NCBI GenBank assembly: GCA_963701165.1
Contig: OY969571.1
Span: forward strand, 1,102,599-1,166,598
Length of the DNA stretch: 64,000 bases
DNA from: an uncultured Actinomycetes bacterium
GTDB lineage: Bacteria; Actinomycetota; Thermoleophilia; Solirubrobacterales; 70-9
Direction: 5' to 3'
Positions 53,190-60,238 of the stretch are shown one piece after another. Below the pieces are notes generated by a model, which was not told the DNA's origin, made no database searches, and saw only the letters and a list, made by a program, of their open reading frames with translations. Position 1 is the first letter of the stretch. The number at the start of each line of letters is the position of its first letter. The position numbers and the translations under genes were made by a program.

Positions 53190-54476
53190 TTGAGCGACGT
53201 GCCCGAGCCCCCCGCCCAGCGCATCACCGACCTGCGGCGGGAGCCGGGAGAGCTCTCCTTCGAGGCGCAGCTCGGCGGCGGCGAGCCGCGGCGGATCTGG
53301 TTCCACAGCGAGACCGAGGTGACGCCGAGCGCCGACGCGGCGCTGGCGGCCTGTCTGATGCCGGCGATGCGAACCGGCGGCAGGCTGGAGATCGACGAGC
53401 CGGTCAGCCCGCAGCTGCTGAGCAACCAGCGCGAATACCAGGCGATCCAGCGGGTCTGGTCCTTCGCCTGGAAGTACGACGAGGCCCCACTTGAGGAAGT
53501 CGAGGTGATCGCCCCGGTCCGCCCGGTGGAGCGCCGGCAACCGACTGGTCGCGTCGCTGCCTTCTTCAGCGGCGGCGTCGACTCGTTCGCGACGATCCTC
53601 GACAACCCGGAGGTCACCGACCTGATCTTCATCCGCGGCGTCGACATCCTGCCTCGCCTCGCCCACCAGGAGGGGCTCGCGGACCGGGTCGAGGCGCGCC
53701 TACGCGAGGCGGCCGAGGAACTGGACATGCCGCTGCACGTGGTCGAGACCAACGTGCGCGATCTCTCCGATCCCCTGATCCGCTGGGAGTGCTACTTCTC
53801 CAACCCGCTGCTCGCCGTCTCCCACTTCTTCGCCCCGCTCTTCGACCGGGTGCTGATCACCGGCGACACCGACCACGAGACCCAGCCAGCGATTGGCACT
53901 TCGCTCCTGATCGACCACCTCTGGAGCAGCGAGGACCTTGAGGTCATCGACTTCGGCGGCCGCCTTAACCGCGAGCAGCGAATTCAGCTGATCGCCGAGC
54001 ACCCGGTCGTGCGCCGCACCCTGCGCACTTGCTGGGAAAACCCCGACGGCGCCTACAACTGCGGCCGCTGCCGCAAGTGCCTGCTGACGATGATCTCGCT
54101 GGAGGCGATCGGAGCCCGCCAGGGGGTGGAGACCTTCCCGGCTGAGCTCGACGTCGGTCGTCTGGCCGAGCTGGAGCTGAACCAGCGGATCTCCCTCGCC
54201 CTCTGCGAAGACCTGCTCGCCACCGTCCGCGAACGGGGAAGAGCGGACATGGAGCCCGCCGTCGCGGCGTTCGTCGAAAAAGGAAGGCGGTCCCAGGGCC
54301 TGGCGAAGACCTACCGCTCGCGGCCGAGCCGGGACGGCGTCCCCGAGACGCTGTCCGGGGCCGAACAGGAAGCCCTCGAAGCGGAGCTGACAACGGTGCT
54401 GGAGTCCCGCTCTTGGCAACTGACGAAGCCGCTGCGCCGGCTCGGCGACAGGCTGCGGGCGCGGCGCGGCGCCTGA
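53190..54476 (+). CDS. Uncharacterised QueC-like PP-loop ATPase, paralog 3
   Basis: The TTG start is 1 nt after the previous stop. AAFFSGGVDSFAT, HQEGLADRVEARLR, CWENPDGAYNCGRCRKC and the tail ESRSWQLTKPLRRL are present. Confidence 0.65.
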   Translation: MSDVPEPPAQRITDLRREPGELSFEAQLGGGEPRRIWFHSETEVTPSADAALAACLMPAMRTGGRLEIDEPVSPQLLSNQREYQAIQRVWSFAWKYDEAPLEEVEVIAPVRPVERRQPTGRVAAFFSGGVDSFATILDNPEVTDLIFIRGVDILPRLAHQEGLADRVEARLREAAEELDMPLHVVETNVRDLSDPLIRWECYFSNPLLAVSHFFAPLFDRVLITGDTDHETQPAIGTSLLIDHLWSSEDLEVIDFGGRLNREQRIQLIAEHPVVRRTLRTCWENPDGAYNCGRCRKCLLTMISLEAIGARQGVETFPAELDVGRLAELELNQRISLALCEDLLATVRERGRADMEPAVAAFVEKGRRSQGLAKTYRSRPSRDGVPETLSGAEQEALEAELTTVLESRSWQLTKPLRRLGDRLRARRGA

Positions 54477-54483
54477 GCGACGC

Positions 54484-56130
54484 TCAGGCGCCGCAGACGA
54501 GCGCGCCCTGGTCGGCGTCGACGAGCAGTTGCCAGGGCCGCGCGAGGTTGTCGCGAGGGATGTAGAGGCGGGTCGTCGAACCGGCCGCGAGTCCGGTCCG
54601 CAGCGGGTATTCATGCTGCGCGAAACGCCGCAGCCGCAGGGTGCCTTCGCCGCCCGCACCGAACTCGATCGTCGTCACCCCCGGGCGCAGCGCCAGCGGC
54701 GCGGCGGCGGCCCTGACGCACTCGCGCTCTCCCCGCGCCCCGGCGGGCGCTTCTTCGATCCCCAGCGGCAGGGCGTTGGCGAGCACCAGGTCCGCCTGCG
54801 CGCGGCCTTGTTCGGGCGCCGCGGCAAGCTCGGCCGGCGAGTAGGCGGGTGAGCCGTACTCCCCGGCCGCTTCCAGGTACTCCCCGGCTTCGACTTCGCC
54901 CAGGTAGACGGTGCCGGCGACTTCAGGGGAGAGCCGGAACGCCGGTTCGATGGTGCGATCGGCGATCTCGATCGCCGCCAGGCCGGCCCGGGTCAGCACC
55001 GTCTGCTTCTCGAAGAAGTCCCGGCCTTCGCGCAGCGGCACCAGGTTGAAGCCGGCGATGACGGCGGTGAGGGCCGCACCGGCGACGAGCGCCCCGCGCT
55101 TGAACCGCACCCCCTGCAGCAGGTTGACCGCGATCAGCAGGGCGAAGAGGCCGCCGACGTAGAGGTAGCGGCTGGAGTAGGGCTCGCGACCGGGCCCCTC
55201 GTTGAACGCGGCCAGGAACCAGAAGGTCGCCGCGGCGGCGAGCACGGGCCAGAGTCCGGCGAAGAACCCGCGCCGGCGATAGCCGCCGTAGGCAGCCAGG
55301 GCCAGCAGCGCGATCAGCAGCGGCGCGCCCCATTTCGAGCGACCGACGACTTCGTCGGAGATCGTCCCCAGAGCGAGGACCGAGTCCAGCGAAGCGGTCA
55401 GCCCCTCCGAGACGTAGCCGGGCGAGACAAGGACGTTGTGGGCGCTGAGGTTGTTCTGGGCGTCATGCCCCCAGCCGAGGTACCAGCCCGCGTAGAGAAG
55501 CAGCGGCAGGCAAAAGACGTAGGCGCGCCGCAAGCCGCGCTCACGCCGGCGCTGGAGGACGTCTACCGCGGCGGCGACCGCGAAGGCGATCCCGAGGCTG
55601 GAGAAGGCGACCGAGACCACCAGGAAGGCGCAGGCAGCGCGGTCCCAGCGCTCGTCATCGTTCTCGAGCGCCAGCAGCGTCGCGATCCCGAACAGGGACG
55701 CGCCGACGAAGCCAATCTGGAAGGGCCAAAGCAGGTCCTGCCAGGCCGGGCCGAGGAAGAGCAGCAGGACCGCCGCGATCAGCGCCGGCCAGGGACCGAG
55801 GCGGCGCTGGGCGTAGACGAACAAGAGTCCGGCGACAATCAGCTGCAGCACCACCAGGAACACCAGTTCGGGCGTCATCGAGTCCATCCCGAAGAGGCGC
55901 AGGGAGGCCTGCATGATCAGCACCGGGAGCAGGACGATGTGCTCGTTATGGGGGTCGAGCAGGGTGGCGGCGGAGGGGTCCCGCCGCTGCATCAGGAACT
56001 CCCAGGAGTCCTGGAAGAAGGTGAGGTGGGCGCCGTAGCTGAGGATCACCGCCGCGGCGGCGGCCATCGCGACGGCGAGCAGGACGAGGGCGGCGTTCCT
56101 GCTCAGCCGCTCACGGTCTCGCGCGGCCAC
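54484..56130 (-). CDS. Polytopic membrane protein, family A (intact paralog of 27598..29246)
   Basis: 548 aa. FFQDSWEFLMQRRD...PHNEHIVLLPV...GPWPALIAAVLLLFLGPAW...YLGWGH... are present. The C-terminal roughly 170-aa soluble domain ends in VCGA. Confidence 0.6.
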   Translation of the reverse strand: MAARDRERLSRNAALVLLAVAMAAAAAVILSYGAHLTFFQDSWEFLMQRRDPSAATLLDPHNEHIVLLPVLIMQASLRLFGMDSMTPELVFLVVLQLIVAGLLFVYAQRRLGPWPALIAAVLLLFLGPAWQDLLWPFQIGFVGASLFGIATLLALENDDERWDRAACAFLVVSVAFSSLGIAFAVAAAVDVLQRRRERGLRRAYVFCLPLLLYAGWYLGWGHDAQNNLSAHNVLVSPGYVSEGLTASLDSVLALGTISDEVVGRSKWGAPLLIALLALAAYGGYRRRGFFAGLWPVLAAAATFWFLAAFNEGPGREPYSSRYLYVGGLFALLIAVNLLQGVRFKRGALVAGAALTAVIAGFNLVPLREGRDFFEKQTVLTRAGLAAIEIADRTIEPAFRLSPEVAGTVYLGEVEAGEYLEAAGEYGSPAYSPAELAAAPEQGRAQADLVLANALPLGIEEAPAGARGERECVRAAAAPLALRPGVTTIEFGAGGEGTLRLRRFAQHEYPLRTGLAAGSTTRLYIPRDNLARPWQLLVDADQGALVCGA

Positions 56131-57231
56131 CGGTGAGCGCGACGAAGGCGTGCCAGGAGGGCTTGGCCCGGAACTTCGGCCCGGCGCGGAAGAGCCCGAC
56201 CGAGTCGCAGAAGGTGCAGGATTCGGGCAGGTCCTTCCAGGAGAACCAGTAGGCGCTCTTGAGGTTGAGCCGCCGCGCGTTTTCGAGCAGGTACCCGTAG
56301 GAGGCCCGCAGCTGTTTCACCTGACCGCGGATCCCCTGCTCGAAGGCGACCTGCTGGAAGTTGTTCTCCGACCCCCAGCCGAGCTCGGTCAGGTAGAGCG
56401 CCGGGCGGTCGCGGTTTTCCCGCGCCACCTCGGTGAATTCCTCGATCATCCGTTCGAGGTCTTCGCTGTCGACCGCGTAGGGGTGGAGGTCGATCCCGTC
56501 GAAGCGGTTTTTGAAGCCCGGGATCGCGTAGAGACGTTCGAGGTAGGTCGTCGCCGGCAACCCTTTCCGGCCCTTCGCGGTCGGCTCGGCGAAGAGGCCG
56601 GCGAGGACCACTTTCGCCTTCGGGTCGACCGATTTGATCGCCTGGCTGGAGATCGTCACCAGCTTCGAGTAGGTCGAGGTCGAGACCGGGTAGGCGAAGT
56701 AGAAGAAGTTGGGCTCATTCCAGATCTGCCACTCGCGGATCGGGATCGGGTTGGCGATCGCCGGTTCGTAGTTGCGCCGATGCCGCCGGTCTGATCCCAG
56801 AACTCGCCCCCCGGGCCGTAGCGGGCGACGGCGGCGCTGAGGAAGTCGGCCCAGCCTTTGCGCTGCCTGGCGGTCGCCACCGGCATCGTCGTTTCCTTGC
56901 GGGTCGCCCAGCGCGGCGGCGAGCCGATCGCGGGCAGGACACGCAGCCCAGCGCGGGTGGCCAGTTCGAGCGCGGCGTCGAAGCCGCCCCAGTTGTAGGG
57001 GGAGTTCCGCGTTGGCTGAACCCCGGCCCAGGGCAGGGTGAGGCGGATGCTTTCGATCCCGCCGGCTTTCATGTAGCGGAAGTCTTCCGGGCCCAGCGGA
57101 GTCTGCGGGACGATCCCGAAGAACCCCCGCGGCGGCTGCGGGATCGGTTTCGCGGCACCGGTCTGGGTGCCGAGCACCAGGGCGAGGAGAAGGGCGGCGA
57201 GCAGGGGAAGAGCGAGGAGGCGTCTTTTCAT
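56111..57231 (-). CDS. Secreted clan GH-A-like hydrolase, paralog 2; frame broken by one apparently missing base around 56770..56800
   Basis: Track ORF 56656..57231 gives the signal peptide and N-terminal half up to GGEFWDQTGGIG. The other frame continues RNYEPAIANPIPIREWQIWNEPNFFYF...YLTELGWGS (track ORF 56111..56659 plus upstream codons). The whole gene is collinear with paralogs 1 and 3. Confidence 0.6.
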
Positions 57232-57259
57232 CGAGTCGGGAAGGTAGCGGTCGGGGTCG

Positions 57260-57736
57260 TCAGTAAGTGCCGCCGAGCTTACGGTGGTCCCAGGTCGCCA
57301 CTCGCAGCGGCTCGAAGCTGATGGCCACCCGCTTCGGCGCCTGCGCTTCGAGCGCCGCCCTGGCGTCCCCCTCGACGGAGGAGATCCCCTCGGCGTAACG
57401 CACGGTCAGCTCCTCCGCGAACCCGAGAACGGTCTCGAAGTCGCGGTGGATCACGGCCTCGGCCTCGATCATCGCCCCCCGCAGCTCGCCATACTCGTGT
57501 CCGGTCTCCAGCAGCACCGTCGCCCGCGGGTCGCGTTCGAGGTTGCGGACCTTCTGCGACTTCGCGTAGGTCCAGATCCAGACGACGCCCTCGCGGGGGA
57601 CGAACCAGAGCGGCATCGAGTGCGGCCAGCCGCGCGGCCCGAAGCTGGAGACGATCGCCACCCGCTCGGCCTCCATCAGCCCCCGCAGCTCGGCGTCGCT
57701 GAGCTTGATCTGGTCCCGCCGGCTCACCGCGAGCAC
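57260..57736 (-). CDS. PPOX-class (pyridoxamine 5'-phosphate oxidase family) probable F420-dependent oxidoreductase
   Basis: GPRGWPHSMPLWFVPREGVVWIWTYAKSQKVRNLERDPRATVLLE is typical of the split-barrel PPOX family. Confidence 0.7.
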   Translation of the reverse strand: MLAVSRRDQIKLSDAELRGLMEAERVAIVSSFGPRGWPHSMPLWFVPREGVVWIWTYAKSQKVRNLERDPRATVLLETGHEYGELRGAMIEAEAVIHRDFETVLGFAEELTVRYAEGISSVEGDARAALEAQAPKRVAISFEPLRVATWDHRKLGGTY

Positions 57737-57750
57737 TCTACGATCATGGG

Positions 57751-58377
57751 ATGAAGATCGCGATCCTCGTTTTCGACGGCATCACCGCGCTCGACGCGAT
57801 CGGGCCCTACGAGGTCCTGCGTTCGGTCCCGGGCTGGGAGGTCCAGTTCGTCGGCAAGGAGCGCGGTGAGGTGCGGACCGACAGCGGCGCCCTCGGCCTC
57901 AGCGCCGACCACGCCCTCGCCGACGTCGACGCCGCCGACATCGTCCTCGTCCCCGGCGGCCAGGGCAACCGGGCGCTGCTGGACGACGAGGAAGTGCTCG
58001 GCTGGCTGCGGCGGCTCGACGAGGGGACGAAGTGGACCACCTCGGTCTGCACCGGATCGATGGTGCTCGGCGCCGCCGGCCTCTTGGACGGGAAGCGGGC
58101 GACCTGCCACTGGGCCTTCCTCGACGACCTGAGCGAGTACGGAGTCGAGCCGGTCCAGGGTCGCTACGTCGAGGACGGGAAGGTCCTCACCGCAGCCGGG
58201 GTCTCAGCCGGGATCGACATGGCGCTCCACCTGGTCGGGCGCGAGGTGGGACCCGAGGTCGCCCAGGCGGTGCAACTGGGGATCGAGTACGACCCGCAGC
58301 CCCCCTTCGACGCCGGCTCCCCCGACAAGGCGCCGGCGCCGATCGTCGAGCTGGTCACCCCTATCGCGCGAAGCTGA
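57751..58377 (+). CDS. DJ-1/PfpI family protein (class I glutamine-amidotransferase-like)
   Basis: MKIAILVFDGITALDAIGPYEVL. The nucleophile elbow is SVCTGSMVLGAAGLL, followed by GKRATCHW. Confidence 0.85.
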   Translation: MKIAILVFDGITALDAIGPYEVLRSVPGWEVQFVGKERGEVRTDSGALGLSADHALADVDAADIVLVPGGQGNRALLDDEEVLGWLRRLDEGTKWTTSVCTGSMVLGAAGLLDGKRATCHWAFLDDLSEYGVEPVQGRYVEDGKVLTAAGVSAGIDMALHLVGREVGPEVAQAVQLGIEYDPQPPFDAGSPDKAPAPIVELVTPIARS

Positions 58378-59434
58378 CGAAGGCGCGCCAGGCGGGCTTC
58401 GGCCGGAACTTGGCGCCGGCGCGGAAGAGCCCGCTGGAGTCGCAGAAGCTGCAGGCTCCCGGCACGTCCTTCCAGGTGAACCAGTCGACCTGGCGCAGCC
58501 GGAGGCGGCCCCGGTTGGCGATCAGGTAGCGGTAGGCGGCGCGCAGTTCGCGGGCCTGGCCCTGCAGTCCCACCTCGAACGCCACGGTGCGGGGGTTGTA
58601 GTCGGATCCCCACCCCATCTCGGTGATGTAGAGCGCCGAGCGGCGGTCCCCGTGGCGCGCCATCGTCGCCCGCACCGCCTCGACCTGGCGGCGCAGCTCC
58701 GCCACATCAGCCGCGTAGGGGTGGAGCGCGACGGCATCGAAGTTGGCCTTGACGCCCCGCTCGCGGTAGAGCTGGCCGAGGAAGTCGACCGCGTCCAGCG
58801 CCCGCGGCATGCCCTGCTTGGGCGCGCCGAAGAGGCCGCCGAGGACGATTTCCGCCCGCGGGTCGGCGCGGCGGATCGCCGGCCTGGTGATCGACAGCAG
58901 GCGGGCGAAGCGACCCGGTGAGACCGGCTTGACGAAGTAGAAGAAGTTCTCCTCGTTCCAGATCTGCCAGGCGCGGATCGGCATCGGCGGCAGCGGCTCC
59001 TCGGTGCCGGGACCGTGCTCTGCCCAGAACTCACCGCCGGGGCCGTAGCGCTCGACCGCGGCGCGGACGAATTCGGCCCAGCCGCGCCGCGCGCGCCCGC
59101 CGTCGACCGGCATCCGCCGCCAGTTCCCGGTCGCCCACTTCGGCGAAGTCCCCAGCACCGGCAGGATCCCGATGCCGCGCTGCGCCGCGTCGGTCATCGC
59201 GGCGTCGAGGCCACCCCAGTCGTAGTCGCTGCGGGGCGAGCGCTGGGTCGCCGCCCAGGAGACCGGAACCCGAATCGTTTCGACACCGCCCGCCTCCATC
59301 CGCGCGAAATCGTCATCGCCGAGCGGGGTCTGAGGCGCGATTCCGAAGAAGCCGCGGGGCACGGCCTGGGCGCTGGCGGGCACCAGGCAGAGAATGAACA
59401 GGGACAGGAGGGCTGCGAGCTTGAGTCGTGGCAT
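58361..59434 (-). CDS. Secreted clan GH-A-like hydrolase, paralog 3
   Basis: The ATG at 59434 was verified and gives MPRLKLAALLSLFILCLVPASAQA. WQIWNEENFFYF and YITEMGWGS are present. The 130 upstream codons in the track ORF are Arg/Pro-rich. Confidence 0.65.
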   Translation of the reverse strand: MPRLKLAALLSLFILCLVPASAQAVPRGFFGIAPQTPLGDDDFARMEAGGVETIRVPVSWAATQRSPRSDYDWGGLDAAMTDAAQRGIGILPVLGTSPKWATGNWRRMPVDGGRARRGWAEFVRAAVERYGPGGEFWAEHGPGTEEPLPPMPIRAWQIWNEENFFYFVKPVSPGRFARLLSITRPAIRRADPRAEIVLGGLFGAPKQGMPRALDAVDFLGQLYRERGVKANFDAVALHPYAADVAELRRQVEAVRATMARHGDRRSALYITEMGWGSDYNPRTVAFEVGLQGQARELRAAYRYLIANRGRLRLRQVDWFTWKDVPGACSFCDSSGLFRAGAKFRPKPAWRAFVSFAR

Positions 59435-59484
59435 CGCTGGAGAAACCCGGCCGGGCCACGCAAGTCGCGGCGAGGGAGCGCCCC

Positions 59485-59904
59485 TCAAAGGGTTCCAGCC
59501 TCGGCGAGCCAGACGCTCTCGAAGCGCAGTCGGGTGTGCTCGAGGATCAGGTCGTAGTCGCGGTCGTAGTGGAGGACTCCCCCGCCCGCCAGATGAGCGC
59601 AGGCGGCGATCACCAGGTCCGTCGGCGCCAGCCGGTGGTGTCCAACCGCGGCGAGCTCGTACTGCGCGTCCAGGGCGGCGCGTTCGACCGCTCCGTCGAC
59701 GGGCAGGCGCGGCAGTTGCTCGAGACGATGCAGCAGCTCGCCATGGTCCGCAGCCGACCGAGCCGAGTAGCCCGCCTCGAGCAGAAAGGGTAGGCAGACG
59801 GCGAGCCGCTGCTCGCCGAGCCACTTGGCGACCGTCTCGCGCCTCTCCTGCGGAACCTTCCCGCCGAGCAGACGCGACCAGGCCGAATTATCGAGAAGCA
59901 GCAA
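59485..59904 (-). CDS. vapC: PIN-domain toxin (VapC-like)
   Basis: TTG at 59904, 1 nt after the antitoxin stop, gives MLLLDNSAW. The acidic residues are in DNS, LLEAGY, PTDLVIAA and HYDRDYD. Confidence 0.7.
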   Translation of the reverse strand: MLLLDNSAWSRLLGGKVPQERRETVAKWLGEQRLAVCLPFLLEAGYSARSAADHGELLHRLEQLPRLPVDGAVERAALDAQYELAAVGHHRLAPTDLVIAACAHLAGGGVLHYDRDYDLILEHTRLRFESVWLAEAGTL

Positions 59905-59905
59905 C

Positions 59906-60190
59906 CTACTCGTCGTAGTTTGCGACCAGACCGAGGTGCTTGACCTCGTCGGCAGCCGCGACGTCGACCGCGGGTCCAGTGCCGCTGAGAAGCCAGTCGG
60001 CGATCTCCTTGCGGCCCTCGCGTACCGACTCACTTTCAGCCTTCAGTTCCCGGAGCTTGTCTTTGGCGCCACGAATGACCAAGTCGGGAAGCTCGACCTT
60101 CTCTCCCCCCTGGGCTAGCCGAAGCTCGTCGAGGGCCGCCTTGACGGGATCGGTCTCGGTGATCATGTGGCGCGGTCGGGTAGTCGGCAC
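59906..60190 (-). CDS. Putative antitoxin of the VapBC pair
   Basis: 94-aa ORF (GTG start) immediately upstream of the PIN gene. It is small and charged (DPVKAALDELRLAQGGEKVELPDLVIRGAKDKLRELK). I could not assign a domain by eye. Confidence 0.5.
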   Translation of the reverse strand: MPTTRPRHMITETDPVKAALDELRLAQGGEKVELPDLVIRGAKDKLRELKAESESVREGRKEIADWLLSGTGPAVDVAAADEVKHLGLVANYDE

Positions 60191-60238
60191 CCCCTCAGTG
60201 TAGCACCGTGCAACACCACCACATTCCCAGCTCGCGGA

